A DNA stretch of 18,694 nucleotides, taken from the NCBI GenBank assembly GCA_052390515.1, contig JBQTGV010000174.1, positions 1 to 18,694 on the forward strand, given 5' to 3'. The position numbers and the translations under genes are program-made. Below, one piece after another: positions 1 to 7,314 of this stretch (the first letter of the stretch is position 1; the number at the start of each line of letters is the position of its first letter). Origin of the DNA: Candidatus Eiseniibacteriota bacterium. GTDB lineage: Bacteria; ARS69. The notes under the pieces were generated by a model. The model was not told the origin of the DNA. It saw only the letters and a list, made by a program, of their open reading frames with translations, and did not search any database.

Positions 1-562
1 CGTGCGGCGATGCCCCCAGCTCCGCCAGGCGCGCCGCCGCGGACAGCGCCCGCGCGTCGGCGTTGGCGAACGTGAAGCGGCCCGTGTCGGTCACGATCCC
101 CACGTACAGGCACGCGGCCGCATCCGCGGAGATGCGCCAGCCGGCGTCCTCGGCGAGCTCCAGCACGAGCAGCGCCGCTGCGCACGCCGACGGGTCCACC
201 CAGGCCAGGTCCCCGAAGCGCGTGTTGTCCGGGTGATGATCGATGTTCACCACCGGGACGCCCGGGAGGAGGGCGCGCTCCAGACCCCCGAGCCTCGATG
301 GAGCGGTCGCGTCGATGACCACGAAGGCGTCCGCGGCGTCGGGCGCGGCCGAGGGTGAAGAGAGAACGCGCTCCGCGCCCGGGACGAACGAGTAGAGCCG
401 CGGCACGCCTCCGGGAAGCACGGCCTGCGCCCGCACGCCGGCGCCCTCCAGCACCGTGGCGAGACCGAGCGCGGCCCCGACCGCGTCCCCGTCCGGATCC
501 GCGTGGGAGATCACCGCCACGCGCTTTCGCCCGCGAAGGAACTCAGCGATCCTGCGCTTCAT
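1..562 (-). CDS. nrnA: DHH-family phosphoesterase, bifunctional oligoribonuclease/pAp phosphatase NrnA-like (3' end runs off the window)
   Basis: Not in the ORF track because it has no stop in the window. Hand translation from ATG 562 gives MKRRIAEFLRGRKRVAVISHADPDGDAVGAALGL...FVVID...VVNIDHHPDNTRFG...CLYVGIVTDTGRFTF, containing the HxxPDxD, D, DHH and TDTGxF motifs. GAGGAG SD upstream; overlaps the rbfA 3' end by 20 nt; position after rbfA is typical. Confidence 0.93.
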   Translation of the reverse strand, partial: MKRRIAEFLRGRKRVAVISHADPDGDAVGAALGLATVLEGAGVRAQAVLPGGVPRLYSFVPGAERVLSSPSAAPDAADAFVVIDATAPSRLGGLERALLPGVPVVNIDHHPDNTRFGDLAWVDPSACAAALLVLELAEDAGWRISADAAACLYVGIVTDTGRFTFANADARALSAAARLAELGASPH

Positions 563-947
563 CGCTCTCCTCTTCCCCGGCGGGACCGTCCTCGCGCGAG
601 GCGCGCTCGGTCTCGACGTCGCGCAGGGCCGCGCTGATCCGCATGCCTTCGTCGAGCGAGTCATCGTACACGAACGAGAGGCGCGGGACCTTGCGCATAC
701 GCACCTGCCGCGCGATCTCCGATTGCAGGAAGCTCGCGGCGCTGCGCAGCCCCTTCATGGTCTCGGTGCGCGCGGCCTCGTCGCCGAGCACCGTGACCCA
801 GACCTTCGCGGTGTCCAGCTCCCGCGAGATACGAACGCCGGTCACCGAGACCATCCCGATGCGCGGATCCTGCACCTTGGTGAGCAACGCCTCGGAGATG
901 ACTTTACGGACGAGATCGTCCGTTCTCCGCATGCGGGTCGAACGCAT
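543..947 (-). CDS. rbfA: 30S ribosome-binding factor A
   Basis: KVQDPRIGMVSVTGVRISRELDTAKVWVT and RMRKVPRLSFVYDDSLDEGMRI match RbfA signatures; AGGAG SD upstream of ATG 947; downstream of infB. Confidence 0.96.
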   Translation of the reverse strand: MRSTRMRRTDDLVRKVISEALLTKVQDPRIGMVSVTGVRISRELDTAKVWVTVLGDEAARTETMKGLRSAASFLQSEIARQVRMRKVPRLSFVYDDSLDEGMRISAALRDVETERASREDGPAGEEESDEAQDR

Positions 948-956
948 GGAGATCTC

Positions 957-1304
957 CTAGAACGATTCCCGGGCCGCCTCGACCACGAGGATCCTCGGAT
1001 CCGACTCGATCATCCGCCCGATCTCGTCGAGGGTGCGCTCCACCGGGCCGCCCTCCTCGCCGACCGCCGCCACGCCGATCATGCCGCGAGCCCGGAGGTC
1101 CTGATGCCCCACCTCCGCCACGGCGACCGGAAAGCGCGAGCGGATCCGATCGCGGAGGCTCAGCATCACCTTCCGCTTCGCCTTGAGCGAATCGGCTCCC
1201 GGGATCCGGAAGTCCACGCGCAGGGTCCCTACCCGCATCGGGGCGGCGGAGGCCGACGGCGACGATTCGAGCGAGCCATGGACGGCGACTTCCCTCCGGG
1301 ACAC
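957..1304 (-). CDS. ylxP: DUF503 / YlxP family protein
   Basis: Core from ATG 1238 (MRVGTLRVDFRIPGADSLKAKRKV...RFPVAVAEVGHQDL) fits the DUF503 pattern SLKxKR...vAEvxxQD; located between infB and rbfA. Start uncertain: GTG 1304 lies 4 nt after the infB stop and the in-frame extension has mostly G/C-ending codons; ATG 1238 gives the usual ~93-aa size but has no SD. Confidence 0.88.
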   Translation of the reverse strand: MSRREVAVHGSLESSPSASAAPMRVGTLRVDFRIPGADSLKAKRKVMLSLRDRIRSRFPVAVAEVGHQDLRARGMIGVAAVGEEGGPVERTLDEIGRMIESDPRILVVEAARESF

Positions 1305-1308
1305 TTCC

Positions 1309-3579
1309 CTACGTCAGCCGGCGGGCGACCTCCACTTCCTCGAAGAACTCCAGCTGATCGCCTTCCTGCAGCGCGCTGAAGTCGCCCACGCCGATGCCGC
1401 ACTCGAAGCCGTTCTTCACCTCGGACACGTCGTCCTTGAACCGCTTGAGCGACGCCACCTTGCCCTCGTGGATCGCCTGCCCGTCGCGACGCACGACCAC
1501 GATGGAGTTGCGCTTCACTTCGCCGCTCGTGACCATGCTTCCGGCGATGGCCCCGAGCTTGGGTACCCGGAAGACCTGGCGAACGTCGGCCGTGCCCAGC
1601 GCGCGGCGCTCGATCACCGGCTTCAGCAGGCCCTCCATCGCCGCGCGCACGTCCTCCACGGCTTCGTAGATCACGTCGTACAGCCGCACGTCCACGCCCT
1701 CGCGCTTCTGCACCTCGCGGGCGCGGGAGTCCACGTCGACGTGGAATCCGATCACGATCGCGTCGGACGCGGCGGCCAGCAGGATGTCGGACTCGTTCAC
1801 GCTGCCCACGCCGCGATGCATGATGCGCATGCGCACTTCGGTGCTGGCGATCTTGTCCAGGGCGTCGGCGAACGCCTCCACCGAGCCCTCCACGTCCGCC
1901 TTGATCACCACGCGCAGCTCCTGCGTCGCGCCCTGCTGCACCTGGTCGAACAGGTTCTCCAGCGTCGTATGGCGGCGGTAGCGCTGCTCCTGCTCGCGGA
2001 GGAGCTGGCTCCGCCGCAGGGCGATCTCGCGCGCCTCGCGCTCCGTCTTCACCACCGCGAAGTTCTCGCCGGCGCGGGGCACGTCGGCGAATCCCATGAT
2101 CGCGCAGGGCATGCCCGGCGTGACCTCCTGCAGCCTCCGCCCGCGCTCGTCGACCAGCGCCTTCACCCGCCCGGCCTGCGTGCCGGCGACGACGGCGTCG
2201 CCCACGCGCAGCGTCCCGTCCTGCACCAGCGCGGTCACCATCGTGCCGCGACCCTTCTCCTTGCGCGCTTCGATGATGGCGCCGCGGGCCGGCCGCGCGG
2301 GGTTGGCCTTGAGCTCCATGACCTCGGCCTGGAGCAGCAACATGTCCAGCAGCTTGTCGATGCCCTGCCCGGTCTTCGCCGAGACGTCGACGAAGATGTG
2401 CTGCCCACCCCACTCCTCCGGGTTGATGCCGCGTCCGGCGAGCTCCTGCCGGACCTGGTCCGGTCTCGCCTCCCGCTTGTCCACCTTGTTCACCGCGACG
2501 ACGATCGGCACGTTGGCGGCGCGCGCGTGGTCGATCGCCTCGAGCGTCTGGGGCATGACCGAGTCGTCCGCGGCCACGACCAGGATCACCACGTCGGTGA
2601 CCTGCGCGCCGCGCGCGCGCATGGCGGTGAAGGCCTCGTGGCCCGGGGTGTCCAGGAAGGTGATGACGCCCTTGTCCAGCTCGACGTGGTAGGCCCCGAT
2701 GTGCTGGGTGATGCCGCCGGCCTCGCCGGCGATCACGTTCGTCTCGCGGACGTAGTCGAGCAGGCTCGTCTTGCCGTGGTCCACGTGTCCCATGATGGTC
2801 ACCACCGGCGGCCTGGGGCGAAGGTCCTCCTCGCGCTCCTCCTCCACCTCCGGCTCGATCGCCTCCTCCTCGAGGACGGACTCGAACTGGACGGTGAAGT
2901 TGAACTCGTCGGCGAGCATCTCGATCATGTCGCGCTCGAGCCGCTGGTTGATCGTGACCATGGATCCCAGCTCCATGGCCTTGGCGATGACCTGGGACGC
3001 GGTGACCCCCATGGAGTTGGCCAGCTCGGAGGTGGACACGAACTCGGTGAGCCGCAGGACGGTCGCGTCCTCGACGGCGATTTCCGGCTCGTCGTCCTTG
3101 GTGCGCTTGCGGGAGCGGCGGCGCTTGGTGTCCAGCTCCGCGAACGTCTTCTTGATGTTGGCGCGGACCGCCTTCTGATCCACCTGGCGGCGGGAGACGG
3201 GTTCCTTGCCCTTGCGCCGCGGCGCGGCGGTCTCGGCCTCCACGGTGACCGTGGCGGCGGGGACCGGAGGAACGCCTTCCTTCTTCGCCATCGCCCGCTT
3301 GCGGCTCTTGCGGTCCACCTCGCGGCGCCGGGCGAAGTCCTCCTTGACCGCCTCCGTCTTCTTGGCGAACTCCTGGCGCACCAGCTCGGCGGTGGCGGGG
3401 TCGATCGAGCTCATGTGGCTCTTGGCCTCGACGCCCAGTCCCCGGACGATGTTGACCATGGCCTCGCTGGAGACCGAGTACTCCTTGGCCAGCTCGTAGA
3501 TCCGCACCTTCGCGGGCTTGCCGCCCTTGCCCCCGGAGTCCGGCGACAGGAGCGGGCCCTCGTTCATCGTCGTCGTCAT
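1309..3579 (-). CDS. infB: Translation initiation factor IF-2 (about 756 aa)
   Basis: [55 protein letters not shown] and C-terminal [22 protein letters not shown]2_N motif [11 protein letters not shown]. Start moved from 3984 to ATG 3579 (ATGA overlap with the ylxQ stop, AGGA upstream); ATG 3567 is an alternative. Confidence 0.98.
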   Translation of the reverse strand: MTTTMNEGPLLSPDSGGKGGKPAKVRIYELAKEYSVSSEAMVNIVRGLGVEAKSHMSSIDPATAELVRQEFAKKTEAVKEDFARRREVDRKSRKRAMAKKEGVPPVPAATVTVEAETAAPRRKGKEPVSRRQVDQKAVRANIKKTFAELDTKRRRSRKRTKDDEPEIAVEDATVLRLTEFVSTSELANSMGVTASQVIAKAMELGSMVTINQRLERDMIEMLADEFNFTVQFESVLEEEAIEPEVEEEREEDLRPRPPVVTIMGHVDHGKTSLLDYVRETNVIAGEAGGITQHIGAYHVELDKGVITFLDTPGHEAFTAMRARGAQVTDVVILVVAADDSVMPQTLEAIDHARAANVPIVVAVNKVDKREARPDQVRQELAGRGINPEEWGGQHIFVDVSAKTGQGIDKLLDMLLLQAEVMELKANPARPARGAIIEARKEKGRGTMVTALVQDGTLRVGDAVVAGTQAGRVKALVDERGRRLQEVTPGMPCAIMGFADVPRAGENFAVVKTEREAREIALRRSQLLREQEQRYRRHTTLENLFDQVQQGATQELRVVIKADVEGSVEAFADALDKIASTEVRMRIMHRGVGSVNESDILLAAASDAIVIGFHVDVDSRAREVQKREGVDVRLYDVIYEAVEDVRAAMEGLLKPVIERRALGTADVRQVFRVPKLGAIAGSMVTSGEVKRNSIVVVRRDGQAIHEGKVASLKRFKDDVSEVKNGFECGIGVGDFSALQEGDQLEFFEEVEVARRLT

Positions 3580-3938
3580 CGTTCCTGCCCCCCGTTCTCT
3601 CGACGGGTCCGCGTCGCGTCGCGCGCGGTGGCCGGCGAATCCAGCCGCTCGCGGATGGCCGCGGCGAGGTTCGCGTTGGTGAGCCCCACCACGGCGATCG
3701 GCCCGCGCCCGACTCCCTGCCCCAGTTCTTCGCGGGTTCCCACCACCACGAGCGGCGTGCGGCTGTCCCGCGCCACGCGCTCCAGGCGCTGCCGGTCCCG
3801 CGGCGATCCGTCGCTGGCCACCAGCACCAGCCGCACCGTCCGGCGGCGCAGCCCGTCGCGCGTCTCCCGCGAGCCGATCAGGACGCTCCCGGACTTCCGC
3901 GCGAGCCCCAGCAGCCCCTGGATCTTCTCCGTTTTCAT
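3576..3938 (-). CDS. ylxQ: L7Ae/L30e family RNA-binding protein (YlxQ-like)
   Basis: C-terminal part of track ORF 3576..5330 from ATG 3938: MKTEKIQGLLGLARKSGSVLIG...LVLVASDGS...TREELGQGVGRGPIAVVGLTNANLA, the L7Ae pattern LGLAxxaG...lvlxAxD...eLGxaxG; ATGA overlap with the ylxR stop. Confidence 0.92.
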   Translation of the reverse strand: MKTEKIQGLLGLARKSGSVLIGSRETRDGLRRRTVRLVLVASDGSPRDRQRLERVARDSRTPLVVVGTREELGQGVGRGPIAVVGLTNANLAAAIRERLDSPATARDATRTRRENGGQER

Positions 3939-4204
3939 GCGCTTTCGCCCGGGACATTCTGGACGACGTTCGGGCGAATCGCAAGCCGGAACGCGGCCTC
4001 CGCCGTCCCCGGCGCGAAGCCGACCTTCGCTCCGCGGCGCAGCAGCCGATCGAGACACGCCTCGTCGCGGCAAACGTACGCTCCGCGCCCCGGATGCACG
4101 GCGGCGGGATCCGGCGCGGCGGTCCCGTCCTCGTTCACGATCCACCGGAGGAGCTCCGCCTTCTCCCGCTTCCTCCGGCACGCAGCGCAGGTCCGGAGCG
4201 GCAC
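3935..4204 (-). CDS. ylxR: YlxR / DUF448 family protein (RNase P modulator RnpM-like)
   Basis: PLRTCAACRRKREKAELLR and PGRGAYVC are YlxR signatures; GTG start directly abuts the nusA stop. Confidence 0.92.
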   Translation of the reverse strand: MPLRTCAACRRKREKAELLRWIVNEDGTAAPDPAAVHPGRGAYVCRDEACLDRLLRRGAKVGFAPGTAEAAFRLAIRPNVVQNVPGESA

Positions 4205-5815
4205 TCAGGCGCCGCTCGGCGCCCCGCCGCCCTCGGGCTCCGCCTCGGGAGCGGCGTCGCTCTCCCAGCCGGCGGTGAGTTCCGATTCCATCGCCTCGAT
4301 GTCGTCGAGGTAGCTGTCCGAGCCGGCGGCACCCGCCGCAGGTCGCGGCGGCCGCGCGGGCTTCGGCGCGGGCGGTGGTGCGGGTGCGGGACGGACCACT
4401 GCCGCGGCCGGCGCGGGGGCCGGCTCCGGCGGCGCGATCTCCTCCTCCGGCTCGCTCACCTCGACCGGCGCGGGCGACGCCACAGGCACGGCAGCCACCA
4501 CCGGAGCGGGTTCCGCGACGAGCGGACGCTCCGCCGGCGTCGCCTTCGCCGCGGCGCGCTCCGCTTCCACGCGCTCCATGGTCTGCACGGCGGTCAGATA
4601 GATCTTCTGCGCGGTCACGTCGCCGACGCCGGGGACGTTGATCAGATCCTCGAGGTTCGCCTTCACGATGTCCTGCACCGACTCGAAGCCGGCCTGCACC
4701 AGGTTCTCCAGCGTCTTGGGCCCGATTCCCTCCAGCCGCTGGACGGGGATCAGGTCGGAGCGCCGCGTCTGACCGCGGGAAACGGCGAAGTCCTCTTCCG
4801 AGATCAAGTCGATCTGCCAGCCGGTGAGCTTGGCGGCGAGCCTCGCGTTCTGGCCGTTCTTCCCGATGGCGAGGGAGAGCTGGTCCTCGGTGACGACGAC
4901 CTGCATGCGCTTCTCTTCGTCGTTCGGGATGGTCTGTAGGATCTTCGCCGGCGAGAGCGCCTTGGTGACGAACGCGATCGGATCCTCCGAGAACGGCACG
5001 ATGTCGATCCGCTCTCCGGAGAGCTCGCGCACGATGCCCTGCACGCGGGATCCCTTCATGCCGACGCAGGCCCCGACCGGATCGACGCGCAGTTCGTTGG
5101 ACGACACGGCGATCTTGGAGCGCCCGCCGGCCTCGCGCGCCACCGCCTGGATCGTGACGATCCCCTCGAGGATCTCCGGCACCTCCTGCTCGAACAGCTT
5201 GCGCATGAACTCTTCGGACGCGCGCGACAGGATGATCTGCGGACCCTTGGAGTTGCGCTGCACGTCGATGATCATGGCGCGCACCGTATCGCCCTGGCGG
5301 TACTGCTCGCGCCGGATCTGCTCCCGCCACGGGAGCAACGCCTCGGCACGGCCCAGGTTCACGGTGATGTTGCCGCGATTCACCTGCTGCACCGTGCCGG
5401 TGATGATCTCGCCGACGCGGTTGTGGTACGTGTCGTAGACGTTCTCGCGCTCCGCCTCGCGCACCCGCTGCACGACGACCTGCTTCGCGGCCTGGATGGC
5501 GTTACGGCCGAACTCCTCGAGGGTGAGCGGAACGCGGAGACTGTCGCCGACCTGGATCTTCGGATCCTGAAGCCGGGCGTCGTCGATCTCGATCTCGAGC
5601 TCCTCGTCGGTGAGGTCCTCGACGACCTTGCGGACGTACTCGATGCTCATGGTGCCCGCCTGGCGGTCGAAGGTCACCTGGATGTCCGCGTTCGGACCGT
5701 AGCGCCGGCGCGCCGCGGACACGATCCCGGCCTCCAGCGTGCCGATCACGAGCTCCTTGTCGACGTTCTTCTCCCGGGCGATCTGACCGAGAGCCTCCAG
5801 AATCTCGTAGTTCAT
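4205..5815 (-). CDS. nusA: Transcription termination/antitermination factor NusA (about 536 aa) with Pro/Ala-rich C-terminal tail
   Basis: EFGRNAIQAAKQVVVQRVREAER, S1 domain, AREAGGRSKIAV, DPVGACVGMKGSRVQ, LSLAIGKNGQNARLAAKLTGWQID, then an HhH-like LINVPGVGDVTAQKI. Start ATG 5815 overlaps the rimP stop (ATGA). Confidence 0.98.
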   Translation of the reverse strand: MNYEILEALGQIAREKNVDKELVIGTLEAGIVSAARRRYGPNADIQVTFDRQAGTMSIEYVRKVVEDLTDEELEIEIDDARLQDPKIQVGDSLRVPLTLEEFGRNAIQAAKQVVVQRVREAERENVYDTYHNRVGEIITGTVQQVNRGNITVNLGRAEALLPWREQIRREQYRQGDTVRAMIIDVQRNSKGPQIILSRASEEFMRKLFEQEVPEILEGIVTIQAVAREAGGRSKIAVSSNELRVDPVGACVGMKGSRVQGIVRELSGERIDIVPFSEDPIAFVTKALSPAKILQTIPNDEEKRMQVVVTEDQLSLAIGKNGQNARLAAKLTGWQIDLISEEDFAVSRGQTRRSDLIPVQRLEGIGPKTLENLVQAGFESVQDIVKANLEDLINVPGVGDVTAQKIYLTAVQTMERVEAERAAAKATPAERPLVAEPAPVVAAVPVASPAPVEVSEPEEEIAPPEPAPAPAAAVVRPAPAPPPAPKPARPPRPAAGAAGSDSYLDDIEAMESELTAGWESDAAPEAEPEGGGAPSGA

Positions 5816-6285
5816 TTCCGCTTCCCTCCGGGCCGGAGCGCCTCTCCGGGATGCAGGCGCGCTTTGGTCACGCTCGACCAGGAAAAGGCCGATTCCCTGC
5901 CGTCCTCCTCGCGGAGGACCACCTGTCCTTCGTCCCGCGTGCCGGCGCAGGTGCCGGTCCGCTCCGCGGTCTCTCCCGTGAGCAGGACGCGAACCCCAAG
6001 CCCCCGGAAGAGATCGAACTCCCGGCGCTCCCTCAGCACGCGGTCGGTCCCCGGCGAGGAAACCTCCAAGGTGTGCGCGCCGTCCAGGGCACCTTCGAGC
6101 GCCGGGCCGAGCGCGCGATCGACGCGTGCACAGTCCCCGATGCTCACGCCTCCCGGGGAGTGAATCACCACGCGGACGAGGACGCCACCCCGCGCACTGC
6201 CCCGACCGACCTCGACGAGGTCGAACCCGAGGGTGCGAACGACCGGCTCCAGCAGGTCGAAAAGCTCCCGCTCCCGGCCTTCCAT
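5812..6285 (-). CDS. rimP: Ribosome maturation factor RimP
   Basis: GVSIGDCARVDRAL...LD...TLEVSSPGTDRVL motif; first gene of the nusA-infB operon; ATG 6285 preceded by GGAG. Confidence 0.95.
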   Translation of the reverse strand: MEGRERELFDLLEPVVRTLGFDLVEVGRGSARGGVLVRVVIHSPGGVSIGDCARVDRALGPALEGALDGAHTLEVSSPGTDRVLRERREFDLFRGLGVRVLLTGETAERTGTCAGTRDEGQVVLREEDGRESAFSWSSVTKARLHPGEALRPGGKRK

Positions 6286-6319
6286 GAACTCCGTCTCCCC
6301 GCCACCCTGCGCGGCGGGC

Positions 6320-6348
6320 AAAAGGAAGGCCGCCGGTTTCCCGGCGGC
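6320..6348 (-). terminator. Intrinsic terminator/attenuator-like hairpin in the rimP leader
   Basis: Minus strand GCCGCCGG-GAAA-CCGGCGGC (8-bp GC stem, GNRA loop, 6348..6329) followed by an imperfect pyrimidine tract CTTCCTTTT (6328..6320). Confidence 0.75.
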
Positions 6349-6357
6349 TCACCCGCG

Positions 6358-6386
6358 AATGTGCGACTTCCGGGGGGTGGTGTCAA
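6358..6386 (-). promoter_or_regulatory. Putative sigma70 promoter of the rimP-nusA-infB operon
   Basis: Perfect -35 TTGACA (6386..6381, overlapping the upstream TGA stop), 17-nt spacer, -10-like CACATT (6363..6358, 3/6 match). Confidence 0.6.
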
Positions 6387-7303
6387 GGTCGATGTGCCCG
6401 CTCCATCCGGCCGATGAGCTCCAGCACGACCCGGCCGGTGTCGTCGAGGGCTTCGGCCGAGCAGTTCCCGGGCAGGTCGCCTGTGGTGTGCCAGGCCGGG
6501 TCGGTCGGGTCGATCACGTCCACGGCCGGGATCCCGGCCTGGAGGAAGGCGATGTGATCGTCCCACATGGCGGGGCCCGCGCTGTCCACGAACGCGTCGA
6601 TCCCCAGGTCGCGGGCGATCCGCCAGATCGTCGTGACCGCCGGTCGAGCCGCGAGATCGGAGTTCGTCTCGCGCAGGAACCTCGAGCCGCGTCGCCCGAC
6701 CATGTCGAGGATGACGACCAGCGAGGGCCGGTACGCCGGGTGGTCGGCGACGAAGCGCTGCGACCCGAGGGCGAAGGTCTCCGGCCGGTCGTCCACGCCG
6801 GAGTCCTCGCCGTCGAAGAAGACGAGGTCGACGCCGATCCGCGGCGGGTCGGCCGCGAGCGCGCGCGCCACCTCCAGCAGGACGGCCGTGCCCGACGCCG
6901 CGTCGTTTGCCCCGGGAACCGGCTCGCCGCGGCGCGCCGGGTCGGGGTCGTGATCCGCGGCCGGCCTCGTGTCCCAGTGTGCGCCGAGCAGCAACCGCTC
7001 GGAGCTCGTCTCGCCGAAGACCGCGACGACGTTCTCGAGCGTGACCGTGGTCGAGTCCCAGGGCGAGACCGCCGTGAAGCGATGCACGTGCACGTGGTCG
7101 GCGCAGCGAGCCAGCTCCGTCTCCAGGTACTCCCGAACGCGGCGGTGCCCTTCGCTTCCGGGTATGCGCGGTCCCGCCTCGACCTGCATCTCGAGATCGC
7201 GGAACGCACGCGCCGAGTCGAAGCGCCGCCCCGGCCCTTCGCAGCCGGCGAAGGCGAGCGCGAGGATCAAGGCGAAGGCGCCGGCGGTCCGCTCGGTGAT
7301 CAC
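6383..7303 (-). CDS. M28-family zinc lipoprotein, probable type II (mammalian-like) glutaminyl-peptide cyclotransferase (about 306 aa)
   Basis: C-terminal part of track ORF 6383..9331 from GTG 7303 with SD AGGAGGT. Hydrophobic signal ending in lipobox FAG-C21. Motifs GAHWDTRP, GANDAASG, FFDGED, ILDMVG, DDH and WHT. M28 fold is secure; cyclase versus peptidase activity is inferred. Confidence 0.85.
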   Translation of the reverse strand: MITERTAGAFALILALAFAGCEGPGRRFDSARAFRDLEMQVEAGPRIPGSEGHRRVREYLETELARCADHVHVHRFTAVSPWDSTTVTLENVVAVFGETSSERLLLGAHWDTRPAADHDPDPARRGEPVPGANDAASGTAVLLEVARALAADPPRIGVDLVFFDGEDSGVDDRPETFALGSQRFVADHPAYRPSLVVILDMVGRRGSRFLRETNSDLAARPAVTTIWRIARDLGIDAFVDSAGPAMWDDHIAFLQAGIPAVDVIDPTDPAWHTTGDLPGNCSAEALDDTGRVVLELIGRMERAHRP

Positions 7304-7314
7304 GGCGGACCTCC

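Noticed and set aside
1229-1279. Possible 16-aa polyproline uORF (MARSNRRRRPPPPRCG) overlapping the ylxP ATG, with GGAGG upstream
   Set aside because: SD spacing is long (13 nt), and the same bases read in the ylxP frame from GTG 1304 have mostly G/C-ending codons, so an N-terminal extension of YlxP explains them better.
1183-4278. 1031-aa plus-strand ORF, and similarly 456..1379, 7471..9105, 10393..13617, 13610..14758, 16436..17425
   Set aside because: Antisense or off-frame shadows of well-supported genes; long stop-free frames are expected at this GC content, and the translations show no family motifs.
3580-6352. Long N-terminal extensions of infB (to 3984), ylxQ (to 5330) and nusA (to 6352) in the ORF track
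   Set aside because: Each overlaps a real upstream gene in another frame; ATGA-coupled starts give normal proteins. No evidence of frameshift or fusion.
6286-6382. tRNA (metY-like) upstream of rimP
   Set aside because: No cloverleaf, T-loop or CCA pattern; the gap is occupied by the promoter and hairpin.
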